A stretch of 41,388 nt of DNA. Origin: Cyanobacteriota bacterium. Its GTDB lineage: Bacteria; Cyanobacteriota; Sericytochromatia; UBA7694; JACMQJ01. The first letter of the stretch is position 1, and every line of letters begins with the position of its first letter. The notes below the pieces were generated by a model. That model saw nothing but the letters and a program-made list of their open reading frames with translations, made no database searches and had not been told where the DNA came from. The stretch covers positions 1 to 41,388 of the forward strand of contig JBBTGK010000057.1 in NCBI GenBank assembly GCA_038060635.1, read 5' to 3'. The translations under genes were made by a program, and so were the position numbers. Positions 1 through 9,864 of this stretch are shown one piece after another.

Positions 1-20
1 AAAAATATTCTACAAAATTT

Positions 21-236
21 TCAGGCAATGCCAAAAATACAAAGTTTTTTTGAATATTGACTTATCTTATTATAATCACATTTTATTGAAGTTCCTGTAT
101 CTGTTTTTATTTCTATTTTTTCGGTATTTTCTAAATCCTTAACTTTACGAACAGAACCCAAATAAATAGTTTGAATATGACCATTTTTAAAAAAAGAATT
201 TGGTTCAAATCTAATCTTTTCAATATTTTTATTCAT
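21..236 (-). CDS. Short ORF resembling the N-terminus of a YheT/ABHD-type alpha/beta hydrolase; possibly a truncated gene
   Basis: 71-aa ORF. 'FEPNSFFKNGHIQTIY' resembles the N-terminal F-x-P...N-x-H-x-QT motif of YheT-like hydrolases. The frame stops (TGA, 21-23) before any GxSxG nucleophile elbow. Only 20 nt remain to the window edge, so a continuation cannot be assessed. Confidence 0.3.
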   Translation of the reverse strand: MNKNIEKIRFEPNSFFKNGHIQTIYLGSVRKVKDLENTEKIEIKTDTGTSIKCDYNKISQYSKKLCIFGIA

Positions 237-395
237 AATTAATTAATTTTTCAAAATCAAAATCATTATAAATTATGTACCAAAAAATAATTATTATCAA
301 TTAAAGATACAAAGAGTAATTACTATATACATTTAAAAGAATTTTTATGATAAAATTCTATTCGACAATTTATTTTAGGTATTTTTTTTATAGTT

Positions 396-941
396 ATGAA
401 ATTAATCAAAAAAGTTGGTGTAGTTTTTTTATCAACAATCACATTATTATCTCTTGGAGCAGGTGGAAACCAAAAACTTCAAGGTAAGTTAGCACCAAGA
501 GAAAACACTATTGATTCTAATTTGAATAGTAAAATGAACGATCTTAAGTATAAGATGAAAGAACAAAAAGCTGGTATAACCGAAGCTACTGAAATGTTTA
601 AAGCAGTTTTTCCTAATAAATTAGAAGGAAGTGCTAAAGTAGAAAAATTGTGGTTTGAACAAGGTTTTAGTTCTATAGTTATTCTTGATAGCCCTTTACC
701 AATAAAAATAATATTTAAAGGTCAATATTTAAAAGACAATAAAATCTTATTGGAAAAAGTAGGAAAAGAAATAAAATTTAAAATAACAGATGTTAGTTTA
801 GTTGAAGAACCTGTTCTTAACACATTAAGGCTTCCTCTTGCAGATACTAAATTCTGGATTCATGCAACTTTCTCTGATTATGGAAAAGTAAAAGATGGCG
901 ATTATATTGATAATATCAAAGCTAATACAATTCCGTATTAA
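396..941 (+). CDS. Exported protein of unknown function
   Basis: 181-aa ORF. The N-terminus MKLIKKVGVVFLSTITLLSLGAGG looks like a signal peptide. No catalytic motif recognised. Confidence 0.5.
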   Translation: MKLIKKVGVVFLSTITLLSLGAGGNQKLQGKLAPRENTIDSNLNSKMNDLKYKMKEQKAGITEATEMFKAVFPNKLEGSAKVEKLWFEQGFSSIVILDSPLPIKIIFKGQYLKDNKILLEKVGKEIKFKITDVSLVEEPVLNTLRLPLADTKFWIHATFSDYGKVKDGDYIDNIKANTIPY

Positions 942-965
942 TTAATTGGAGGATAGAGTTTATTA

Positions 966-1826
966 ATGTCTCAAATTAAATCTGTATTTGTTGCTGGAGC
1001 TGGTCTTATGGGATCTGGTATTGCTCACGCAGTAATATCTTCTGCAAAAATACCAGTTTATCTATACGATATATCAGATGAATTTTTGCAAAAAGGTTTA
1101 AATAGAATAAAATCTGTTTTTACAAAATCTATTGAGAAAGGCATTTTAACTCAAACCGAAGTTGATTCATTTTTATCTAATTTGCATCCCGTAAAAGATT
1201 TATCTTTTGCTAAGGATGTAGATCTTGTTATTGAAGCTGTTTCTGAAAATATAGAAATTAAAAAAAATTTATTTTCAAAATTAGATCAAATTTGTAAAAA
1301 AGAAGCTATTTTTGCATCAAATACATCATCTTTGCCAATAACAAAAATAGCAACCGCTACAAAAAGAACTGATAAATTTATTGGTATGCACTTTTTTTCA
1401 CCTGTTCATAGAATGAAATTAATTGAAATAATAAGTGGGTATGATACTTCAAAAGAAACATTTGATTCAATAAAAAAGTTTGCTTCTATTTTAGGAAAAG
1501 AAGTTTCAGCATCTCAAGATTTTCCAGGATTTATAACAACAAGATTAGGTTTAGTTCTTATGAATGAAGCTGCTTTTTGTTTATTTGAAGGGGTTGGTAA
1601 GGTAGAAGATATCGATAATGGTATGAAACTTGGCTATAATCATCCAATTGGGCCATTAGCACTTGCAGATGAAATTGGTCTTGATATATGCTTATCTATA
1701 CTAGATATAATGTATGAAGAATATAAAGACTCTAAATATAGAGCTTGTCCTCTAATGAGAAAACTTGTTAATGCAGGACATTTGGGTAAAAAGTCTGGAA
1801 AAGGGTTTTATAGTTATAATAAGTGA
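966..1826 (+). CDS. hbd: NAD-dependent 3-hydroxyacyl-CoA (3-hydroxybutyryl-CoA) dehydrogenase
   Basis: N-terminal Rossmann motif VAGAGLMGSGIAH. Also HFFSPV, DFPGFITTR and GYNHPIGPLALAD blocks typical of Hbd/HADH. SD-like GGAGG lies upstream at about 950. Confidence 0.9.
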   Translation: MSQIKSVFVAGAGLMGSGIAHAVISSAKIPVYLYDISDEFLQKGLNRIKSVFTKSIEKGILTQTEVDSFLSNLHPVKDLSFAKDVDLVIEAVSENIEIKKNLFSKLDQICKKEAIFASNTSSLPITKIATATKRTDKFIGMHFFSPVHRMKLIEIISGYDTSKETFDSIKKFASILGKEVSASQDFPGFITTRLGLVLMNEAAFCLFEGVGKVEDIDNGMKLGYNHPIGPLALADEIGLDICLSILDIMYEEYKDSKYRACPLMRKLVNAGHLGKKSGKGFYSYNK

Positions 1827-1850
1827 TGTTAAAGTAAGAGAGGTTTTTAT

Positions 1851-2051
1851 ATGCAAAAAATGATGAAACCAGTCAAATTTGGCTGTGATAATGGTTTTCA
1901 AGAATTTTATTTTCAAATTGAAACTCCTGAGAAATATGAAGAAGGAAAGGTTTATTGTTATTTAAATCGTCTTTCAGATGAAAATAAAAAAGATACTGAA
2001 TGCCTCAAAAAATGTTTAGGTATGAAACCAAATGAATGTTGGAAAGCTTAA
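1851..2051 (+). CDS. Small Cys-containing hypothetical protein
   Basis: 66-aa ORF with five Cys and GAGAGG upstream of the ATG. No recognisable family. Confidence 0.35.
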   Translation: MQKMMKPVKFGCDNGFQEFYFQIETPEKYEEGKVYCYLNRLSDENKKDTECLKKCLGMKPNECWKA

Positions 2052-2052
2052 T

Positions 2053-2376
2053 ATGTCAAGACTTCCTCAAGATTATATAGATTTTATAGCTAAAGGTATA
2101 GCAATTAACCTTAAAGCAGAAGGCGTTCCTATAAAAGATTCTTATACCGAAGAAGACTTAATGGAAATTTTTTGTTGTAAGAATTTAGAAGAACTATATC
2201 GAAAAATAGAAGATATTGAAATAAATTCAATCAAAGCCCTTGGTTTACCAATTAAAGAATCTTATACTCTTGAGGAAATTGAAACTAAATTAAATCTTGC
2301 TCCTGGCATGATAGATTCTATGGGAAACTCGTTTGAAGGTTTTCCAACCATTAATGAAAACTCAAATAAGTTATAG
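2053..2376 (+). CDS. Hypothetical protein with an internal duplicated motif
   Basis: The track ORF starts at 2032, but the ATG at 2053 is preceded by GGAAAG. It contains two copies of G[VL]PIK[DE]SYT.EE (GVPIKDSYTEEDL and GLPIKESYTLEEI). No family recognised. Confidence 0.4.
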   Translation: MSRLPQDYIDFIAKGIAINLKAEGVPIKDSYTEEDLMEIFCCKNLEELYRKIEDIEINSIKALGLPIKESYTLEEIETKLNLAPGMIDSMGNSFEGFPTINENSNKL

Positions 2377-2434
2377 TCTTTAATATATTTTTTATATGAG
2401 TTTTTTATATTTATAGGTATTGTATTTTTTTAAA

Positions 2435-3139
2435 ATGAAAAAATATTTAATTATAACTGGTGCAAGTAAAGGCATTGGTTTTTCTACAGCAAAAAAGTTT
2501 TTAGATAAAAATTGGACTGTAATAAATATTTCTAGAAGTTTATGTAATTTACCAAATGTAATAAATATCCAAGCTGATTTATTAGAAGAAAATTGGGATA
2601 TTCTTGTTTCAAATGAAATTAAGAAATATATAACTGAAAAAAGTTTAATCTCTTTAGTTCATAATTCAGCTATGTTAGAAAAAGATAGTGTTTTAGATAT
2701 TAAAGCAGATAATTTTAGAAAAATCCTTGAATTAAATGTAATTGCCCCAACTATTTTAAATAAAATTTGTTTTGATTTTTTTAATAAAAACTCTTCTATA
2801 ATCTATATAGGTTCTACATTATCAGAAAAAGCAGTAAAAAATACTTTTTCTTATGTAACTTCTAAACATGCCTTAGTTGGTATTATGAAAGCAACTTGTC
2901 AAGATTTATCAGGTTCAGGAATACACACAGCATGTGTTTGTCCTGGTTTTACAGATACAGAGATGTTAAGAGAACACATCGGAAATAATGAAGAGATAAT
3001 AAAATCATTAGAATCTATTATTTGTGCAGGAAGATTAGTAAAAAAAGAAGAAATAGCTGAGATGATCTATTTTTGTTCTAATAATCCTGTTATTAATGGT
3101 TCTGTAATTCATGCTAATTTGGGTAACATTGAAAGATAA
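2435..3139 (+). CDS. Short-chain dehydrogenase/reductase (SDR) family oxidoreductase
   Basis: TGASKGIG cofactor motif directly after MKKYLII, so the start at 2435 is preferred over 2420. Also an NSAM block and the catalytic YVTSK (YxxxK). Confidence 0.85.
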   Translation: MKKYLIITGASKGIGFSTAKKFLDKNWTVINISRSLCNLPNVINIQADLLEENWDILVSNEIKKYITEKSLISLVHNSAMLEKDSVLDIKADNFRKILELNVIAPTILNKICFDFFNKNSSIIYIGSTLSEKAVKNTFSYVTSKHALVGIMKATCQDLSGSGIHTACVCPGFTDTEMLREHIGNNEEIIKSLESIICAGRLVKKEEIAEMIYFCSNNPVINGSVIHANLGNIER

Positions 3140-3171
3140 TATATTTAAATTATAATAAAGTGAGTTTAGTT

Positions 3172-3999
3172 CTATAAATTATTCTTTTGATAAAAAAACA
3201 AATTATCCTTTTTTACATTAAAAAAGCCAGAATTTACATCACTAATATTTTCAGTATTACTGACAATAAGATATCCACCATCATTTAAGTTATTTGCAAA
3301 ATTAGTTATTAGATTTTGCTTATATGTTTTATCAAAATAAATCATTACATTTCTGCAAAAAATAATATCATATTTATTATTAGAAGATAAAGTAGCACTA
3401 TCAAAAAGGTTTTCACAGTTAAAAGTTATATTTTCTTTTATTTCATCTTTTATTTTATAACTATCTTTAGTTTCATCAAAATAGGTATTTATAAAAGGCT
3501 TATCTACTGCTCTAAAGGTAAGTGAAATTTTACGATAAGTTCCTGATTTAGCTATTTCCAGAGCTTTTTTACTTATATCAATCCCTGTTATAGAAATTTT
3601 AGTATTATTTTTTAATAAATCTCTTAAAACAATAGAAATAGAATAAACTTCTTCACCTGTAGAACATCCAGCAGAAAGTATTTTTATGTGTTTTTTAGGA
3701 TTATTTTTAAGAAGTTCTTTAGGAATAATATCTTTAAGAGCTAATATATGTTCTTTTTCTCTAAAAAAATAGGTCTCATTAACTGTTAAAACATTATATA
3801 GTTCTTGAATTTCTTCTTCAGAATTATTATATTTTAGTAAATAATAATAATCTTTAAAAGTATTCAAGCCATTATATTCAAGCCTTTTTATCATTTTTTG
3901 CTGAAATATATATTTTTGTCTTTCATTATAAGTAATACCACATTTTTGAGTAGTATAATCAACTAAAAGTCTAAATTCTTCATCTGTCATATTTATCAT
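3172..3999 (-). CDS. cheR: Chemotaxis protein methyltransferase CheR
   Basis: ILSAGCSTGEEVYSI (SAM-binding) and IFCRNVMIYFD motifs characteristic of CheR. GGAAG SD lies 6 nt upstream of the ATG. Confidence 0.85.
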   Translation of the reverse strand: MINMTDEEFRLLVDYTTQKCGITYNERQKYIFQQKMIKRLEYNGLNTFKDYYYLLKYNNSEEEIQELYNVLTVNETYFFREKEHILALKDIIPKELLKNNPKKHIKILSAGCSTGEEVYSISIVLRDLLKNNTKISITGIDISKKALEIAKSGTYRKISLTFRAVDKPFINTYFDETKDSYKIKDEIKENITFNCENLFDSATLSSNNKYDIIFCRNVMIYFDKTYKQNLITNFANNLNDGGYLIVSNTENISDVNSGFFNVKKDNLFFYQKNNL

Positions 4000-4011
4000 A
4001 ATATACTTCCT

Positions 4012-6336
4012 TTATGAAACCAAAAGCATTTTAGCGGTTTGTTTTACAATAAAATCACTATCATTATTTGCTGACCACATAATAGCCCATAAAGCTCGTT
4101 GATCTTTTAAGAAAGAATTTAGAGCCAGAATAGAATGTTTTCTGACATTAGAAGATGAATCTTCTGAAGCAGATTTTAGTAAAAAATTTAATGAGTTTTG
4201 GCTATTTATTCCCGAAACAATAGATATTATAGCAATTTTTGTATCACTATCACTTGAGTAAAAAACATTTCTGAGATAAGGAATTATTTTTTCATCCGAT
4301 TTAGAAAGAGTTTGTATTACCTTATCTCTCATATTCTCAATACTTAAAAATTCAATCAGCACAGAAATAACTGTATCGTTTAACTCTTGTTTTATTAAGG
4401 AAGTTAAAATTTGAATATCAACAATATCTTCATTTTCTTGAGCTAACATCTTTAATAACAACTCTAATGAATCATTATTTTTTATTTTCTCTAAAGCTTT
4501 GGCAACAGCTTTTCGAACAATCCAATTTTTATTTTCAGACTGAATAGAAAGTAGGTATAAAAACTTTTTTTCATCTTCATTAGATAAATTAAAATTATTT
4601 AAAGCATTTATCGCTGTTTCTATTATATTAAAATCTGAAGTTAAAACAAAATGGTATAGAGTTTTTATAAATTCATCAGATTTCATTTCGCCTAATGCTT
4701 CTATAATAGCAATTACAACAAAAGGTGATTTATCGTTTAGAAGATCGATAAATTTTTTTATAACTTCTTCATTTATTTTTTGTTTTGAAAAAGTTTTTAT
4801 AGCAAAATATCTTACCCAAGGTTCACTATCAAATAAACATTCAAATATATATGGATAACTAGTTTCTCCAAATTCAGATAAAGTTAATATAGCTTCTTTT
4901 TTGACTTGTTGATTAGAATCTGACAAAAATTTAATTAAAATATTTCTGCTTTCTTCGTTATTATATTTTATTAAAGCTTTTGCTACATTTTTTCTAACTC
5001 TAAAATCTTCGTGATTAACAAATTTTTTTAGAAAATTAAAATTATTAGCATTATTTAATGAACAAATAAGCTCAAATATAAAAATAAAATTACCTTCATC
5101 TTTATATAAAATATCTTTTAATTTTTTATCTAATTTTTTACTAGGAAAGTTTTTTAAAGCGTTAATTGCTGCAATTTTAATATCCGTAGATTTATTATTT
5201 ATAAGTAATAAAAGCTTATCGATAGATTTTTCGTTTAATATTTTACCTAAAGCTTCAGCAGATTGTATTTTAATATCAATAGACTTACTATTTAAATGTT
5301 TTAATATTATATCGTTAGATTCCTGTATTTTATTATCAGCAAAAATCTTTATTATAAGTTTATTACATTCCTTAGAATTATTTTTTAAAAATTTCATAAG
5401 AAGGCAAATATCTTTTTCTTTTATTATATAAAAAGCTTCTTCTATTTCAAGTTCTAATTCTTGAGAATAATTATCTGCCAATATATCTATAGCTTTATTA
5501 TTTCCAATAACGCCCAGTAAAAATATACAACCTATTTTTAAAGAATAATCTTGATTACTAATAACTTTAGTTAATATTTTAAGAACATTATTAATAGTTT
5601 TTTTATCAAGTGAATTTAAATAGGAAGATATTATATTTATTAGGTTTTTTTGATTTATTTTTGACTTATCCACTTTATCTTTCATATTTTTTATAGTCAA
5701 AATACAAATTTCTTGGATATAGTCATCTTGACTTTGTAATGCATCTATAATGTATGATATTGCTCTTTCGTCTGCTATATTACTAATTGCTTGTAAAACA
5801 GGCTGTTTTAACATTTCATTTTCTGCTAAATGTAATAACGGTAATAAGGCTTTTTCATCACTTAATTGTCCAAGTGTTATTATAAGAGGAAATTGCTCCC
5901 AAGGATTATCCATATTTGAATATAAATATTGTAATAGAGGGGTTGTAGCTTCTTTATTACCTATTTTACCTATTGCTTCATAAGCGGCAAATTTTACATT
6001 GCTTTCTTCGTCAGTTAATAAATTTAATAATGCTTCAGTTGCAGAAGGATCTTTTATATCACCTAAAATATTACAACTAAAAATTCTTTCATTATAATTA
6101 CCAACTTTAGTTTTTTCTACTAAAATGTTTGTTACGTTTTTTCCCCATGCTGTAAGTATTTCTATAGCAGAATTTCTTTTTATAGCATCTTCAATAACTA
6201 AAAAACTAGCTATTTCATTATATAAATCCTTTTCATGAATTGAAGAAAGTATTTCTATTGTATTTCTTCTTTCTTTTAAATTTTCAGATGATAATTTTTG
6301 TATTAACTCATTATAATGAATATAAGTTTTTTTCAT
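4012..6336 (-). CDS. Large HEAT-repeat (PBS-lyase HEAT-like) protein
   Basis: 774 aa built of recurring ~30-aa helical repeats with the V/R-R-x-x-A-x-x-A-L signature (RRNTIEIL, VRKNVAKALIK, VRKAVAKALEKI, VRKHSILALNS). Its start overlaps the cheW stop as TAATG. Confidence 0.8.
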   Translation of the reverse strand: MKKTYIHYNELIQKLSSENLKERRNTIEILSSIHEKDLYNEIASFLVIEDAIKRNSAIEILTAWGKNVTNILVEKTKVGNYNERIFSCNILGDIKDPSATEALLNLLTDEESNVKFAAYEAIGKIGNKEATTPLLQYLYSNMDNPWEQFPLIITLGQLSDEKALLPLLHLAENEMLKQPVLQAISNIADERAISYIIDALQSQDDYIQEICILTIKNMKDKVDKSKINQKNLINIISSYLNSLDKKTINNVLKILTKVISNQDYSLKIGCIFLLGVIGNNKAIDILADNYSQELELEIEEAFYIIKEKDICLLMKFLKNNSKECNKLIIKIFADNKIQESNDIILKHLNSKSIDIKIQSAEALGKILNEKSIDKLLLLINNKSTDIKIAAINALKNFPSKKLDKKLKDILYKDEGNFIFIFELICSLNNANNFNFLKKFVNHEDFRVRKNVAKALIKYNNEESRNILIKFLSDSNQQVKKEAILTLSEFGETSYPYIFECLFDSEPWVRYFAIKTFSKQKINEEVIKKFIDLLNDKSPFVVIAIIEALGEMKSDEFIKTLYHFVLTSDFNIIETAINALNNFNLSNEDEKKFLYLLSIQSENKNWIVRKAVAKALEKIKNNDSLELLLKMLAQENEDIVDIQILTSLIKQELNDTVISVLIEFLSIENMRDKVIQTLSKSDEKIIPYLRNVFYSSDSDTKIAIISIVSGINSQNSLNFLLKSASEDSSSNVRKHSILALNSFLKDQRALWAIMWSANNDSDFIVKQTAKMLLVS

Positions 6337-6818
6337 TACTCAACTTCCATTAATCTATTTACATCTAAAATACTAATAAATTTTTCTATATTTTCATCAT
6401 CATCATCAGTAAATTTGTCTTTAGTTACATAAACAGATTCCATAAAAGTATCTTGATTAGAAGATGTTGGTGGTTGAATATGTTCTTTATTAACTCTAAT
6501 AACTTGATTCATATTATCAACAATAAAACCTACTATTCTTTTATTAAAATTCAAAATAACTATTCTAGTATCTTCAGTATCTTCAATTTTTTCCTTTAAC
6601 ATCTTTTTTCTAAGATTAATTATAGGTATGATAGAACCTCTTATATTCATTAAACCATCAACATATTTTTTTGTTAGTGGAACAGAAGTTATAAATTTAT
6701 TTTTTACGATTTCTTGAACATGAGCTATATTTATAGCAAAGATTTCATTATCAATATTAAATGTTATAAATTGAATTATTTCTTTGTAATCAATAGTATT
6801 TTCTAAAACGGTTCTCAT
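6336..6818 (-). CDS. cheW: Chemotaxis coupling protein CheW
   Basis: FAINIAHVQEIV and GLMNIRGSIIPIINLRK blocks typical of CheW domains. Strong SD GGGGGGAG upstream. Confidence 0.85.
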   Translation of the reverse strand: MRTVLENTIDYKEIIQFITFNIDNEIFAINIAHVQEIVKNKFITSVPLTKKYVDGLMNIRGSIIPIINLRKKMLKEKIEDTEDTRIVILNFNKRIVGFIVDNMNQVIRVNKEHIQPPTSSNQDTFMESVYVTKDKFTDDDDENIEKFISILDVNRLMEVE

Positions 6819-7140
6819 AATATATAACTCCCCCCAAAGGAGATAATGTTAACTTTTAAATCCGAATCTTAGACTCTTTAGGTATTTCAAAAACTAATAA
6901 AAATATCAACTTGTAAATAAAAAATTATTGTAAAGACTTTGCTCTGCAAGCTCTACGCAAATTAAAAACTAATTCTTAATATGTATAATAAAAAAAATAA
7001 TTTTTAATTAACTCAATATTTTAAAGAAATTGTATGATAAAAAAAACAAGATGTAAATAGATTTTAATTTTTTTGTGGACTAAAAAGATAAAAATTATTT
7101 TTTTAATTTTATATACAAAAAATATTGTAAACAAGTTACT

Positions 7141-7168
7141 TTGTTACCTTGAAAAAATGGAATATACT
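7141..7168 (+). promoter_or_regulatory. Candidate sigma-70 promoter for mutS
   Basis: TTGTTA (7141-7146), 16-nt spacer, TATACT (7163-7168), about 42 nt upstream of the mutS ATG. Pattern match only, in an AT-rich background. Confidence 0.3.
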
Positions 7169-7209
7169 TATTAATCAGGGCTTTATAAAAAAATAATTTT
7201 GGTAATTTT

Positions 7210-9765
7210 ATGGCAGAAAAACTAATAACAACACAAATAGAAGAAGGTAAAACCTATACTCCTATGATGGAACAATATATAGCTATAAAAAAAAATTACC
7301 CTAATACACTACTATTGTATAGAATGGGGGATTTTTATGAATGTTTTTTTCAAGATGCTGAAATTTTGTCAAAATCATTAAATATAACATTAACAGCAAG
7401 AGCTTCTACAGATGAAATGAGAATTGCTATGGCAGGAATTCCATACCATGCTTTGGATAGTTATCTTTCACGGTTAATAAGAAAAGGACTTAAAGTAGCT
7501 TTATGTGAGCAAATGGAACCAGCTGTAGCAGGTAAATTAGTAAAAAGAGAAGTTACAAGAGTTTTAACACCTGGAACTTTATTAGAAAATAACTTTTTAG
7601 CAGAAAAACAGAATAACTATTTAGCTTGTGTTTATAAAATAAATAAAGCTTACTCAATATCCTTTGTTGATATTTCTACAGGAGAATTTAAAGTAACTCA
7701 AATTTCTGGAAATAATGCAAAAGCTCTTGTTTATAATGAATTAGCAAGATTACCTGTTTCTGAATGTTTATTAGCATGTTCAAATCCTGATAAAAAAATT
7801 GATATTAGTGAAACTGATTGGAGTGATGTTATTCCTGATAACATAACAGTTACATGGCAGTCTGAATTATTTTTTAATTTTAAAAAAGCAGAAAAAAAAC
7901 TTTTAACCCATTTTAAAGTAAAATCATTAGAAGGCTTTGGTTTAAATACTTTACCATTAGCTGTAAGTTGTGCTGGAGCAACATTAAATTATATAGAAAA
8001 TACTCAAATGAAAGCTCTTAATCAATTTAAATCTATTTCTAATTATTCGATTACAGATTTTTTGATTATAGATGCTTCAACTAAAAAAAACTTAGAACTT
8101 TTTAGTACTAGTAGAGATAATCTTTTTCAAGGTTCACTTTTATCAACAATAGATCAAACAAAAACTCCTATGGGAGGAAGATTGATAAGGAATTGGTTAT
8201 TAAATCCATTATTAAATATCAGTTTTATAAATAAAAGATTAGATATTATCGAAGAATTAGTATTAAAAAATACTATGAGAATGGATATAAGAGAAACTTT
8301 AACAAATATTAGAGATATGGAAAGATTATCAGGTAGAACTTCCATAGGTTTATCGAATGCAAAAGAGCTAGTATCATTAGGAATTAGTTTTAATGCTTTA
8401 CCTAAAATATCTGAGATTTTGAATAAAAATGATAGTAATTTTTCTCAATTATTAAAAAATATCCCTCAGGAAATAATAGATATAACAAAAAAAATTGATG
8501 AAACTATTATAGATACGCCTCCTCATATTATTACTGACGGTGGATTAATAAAATATGGAGTTAATGAAGATTTAGATAAAATTCAAGATTCATTAAAAGA
8601 AGCTAAAGAATGGTTAACAAAATTAGAATTAGAAGAACGAGAAAAAACAGGGATAAAATCTTTAAAAGTATCGTTTAACAAAAATTTTGGCTATTTTATA
8701 GAGATAACAAATTCAAATAAACATCTTGTGCCAAAAGATTATATACGAAAACAAACACTTTCTAATAATGAGCGTTTTATTACGCCTGAATTAAAAGAGA
8801 AAGAAACTTTTATTTTAAAATCGGAAGATAAAATAAAAGAAATGGAATATAATCTTTTTTGTGCTTTAAGAGATGAAGTTGGATTACTTACAGAAACTAT
8901 TCAAAAAATTTCTTTTGAAATTGCAAAACTAGATATTTTTTCTAACTTTGCAGAATTAGCTTTAAAAAATAGATATGTTAGGCCTATTTTTACAGATGAA
9001 AATGAAATAGTTATAGAAGAAGGACGACATCCTGTAATAGAACAGATTTTACCTTCAGGTGAATTTATTGCAAATGATATTTATCTAAATACAAATGATT
9101 CTACTCTAATGATTCTTACAGGCCCTAATATGGCAGGTAAATCAACTTTTATGAGACAATCGGCTTTAATAATAATTCTAGCTCAAATAGGTTGTTTTGT
9201 TCCTGCTAACTATGCAAAAATAAGTATTTGTGATCGTATTTTTACTAGAGTTGGAGCAATTGATGATCTATCAACAGGACAAAGTACTTTTATGGTTGAA
9301 ATGAATGAAACAGCAAATATATTAAATAATGCAACAAATAAAAGTTTTATTCTTTTAGATGAAGTTGGACGAGGTACGAGTACTTTTGATGGTGTAAGTA
9401 TCGCATGGGCTGTGAGTGAATATATAACACAAGAAATAAAAGCAAAAACAATTTTTGCGACTCATTATCATGAATTAAATAAACTAGAAGAAAAAATACA
9501 AGGGGTTAAAAATTATCAAGTAGCAGTTCAAGAAACAGCTGAAAAAGTTATTTTTTTACACAAAGTTATAAAAGGTGGTACAGATAGAAGTTATGGTATA
9601 GAAGTAGCTAGATTAGCTGGATTACCTCAAGCTGTTATTAATAGAGCAAGAGATATTCAAACAGATATAGAAAAAAGAAGTAGAATACAAGCAAGTTTAT
9701 TAAAAAAAGTTTCTGATCAAAATATTGTAGAAAAAAAATCACAATTATCTTTATTTGAGATTTAA
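7210..9765 (+). CDS. mutS: DNA mismatch repair protein MutS
   Basis: N-terminal TPMMEQY..GDFYE mismatch-binding block, Walker A GPNMAGKST, STFMVEM and DEVGRGTST motifs. 851 aa. Confidence 0.95.
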   Translation: MAEKLITTQIEEGKTYTPMMEQYIAIKKNYPNTLLLYRMGDFYECFFQDAEILSKSLNITLTARASTDEMRIAMAGIPYHALDSYLSRLIRKGLKVALCEQMEPAVAGKLVKREVTRVLTPGTLLENNFLAEKQNNYLACVYKINKAYSISFVDISTGEFKVTQISGNNAKALVYNELARLPVSECLLACSNPDKKIDISETDWSDVIPDNITVTWQSELFFNFKKAEKKLLTHFKVKSLEGFGLNTLPLAVSCAGATLNYIENTQMKALNQFKSISNYSITDFLIIDASTKKNLELFSTSRDNLFQGSLLSTIDQTKTPMGGRLIRNWLLNPLLNISFINKRLDIIEELVLKNTMRMDIRETLTNIRDMERLSGRTSIGLSNAKELVSLGISFNALPKISEILNKNDSNFSQLLKNIPQEIIDITKKIDETIIDTPPHIITDGGLIKYGVNEDLDKIQDSLKEAKEWLTKLELEEREKTGIKSLKVSFNKNFGYFIEITNSNKHLVPKDYIRKQTLSNNERFITPELKEKETFILKSEDKIKEMEYNLFCALRDEVGLLTETIQKISFEIAKLDIFSNFAELALKNRYVRPIFTDENEIVIEEGRHPVIEQILPSGEFIANDIYLNTNDSTLMILTGPNMAGKSTFMRQSALIIILAQIGCFVPANYAKISICDRIFTRVGAIDDLSTGQSTFMVEMNETANILNNATNKSFILLDEVGRGTSTFDGVSIAWAVSEYITQEIKAKTIFATHYHELNKLEEKIQGVKNYQVAVQETAEKVIFLHKVIKGGTDRSYGIEVARLAGLPQAVINRARDIQTDIEKRSRIQASLLKKVSDQNIVEKKSQLSLFEI

Positions 9766-9769
9766 TTGC

Positions 9770-9831
9770 TATAAATTATCCAATGTGTTTGTTTAGGAAT
9801 GTTTTTAAAACATTCCTTACGGATTATTATT
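9770..9831 (+). repeat. Copy 1 of a 62-nt dispersed element containing a stem-loop
   Basis: 53/62 ungapped identity to the reverse complement of 30813-30874. The first 25 nt differ at one position. Stem-loop AGGAATGTT/AACATTCCT at 9795-9817. Confidence 0.7.
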
Positions 9832-9864
9832 CCCATTTAAGAACACATTTCCTTTTATTAATTA

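Noticed and set aside
190-215. GGTTCAAATC resembles a tRNA T-loop.
   Set aside because: There is no flanking T-stem, acceptor stem or anticodon arm, and it lies inside the 21-236 ORF.
1851-2376. The 20-nt overlap of the two small ORFs could indicate a programmed frameshift fusion.
   Set aside because: An ATG at 2053 with its own GGAAAG SD lies just after the first ORF's stop. No slippery heptamer is evident in the overlap. Two separate small genes are simpler.
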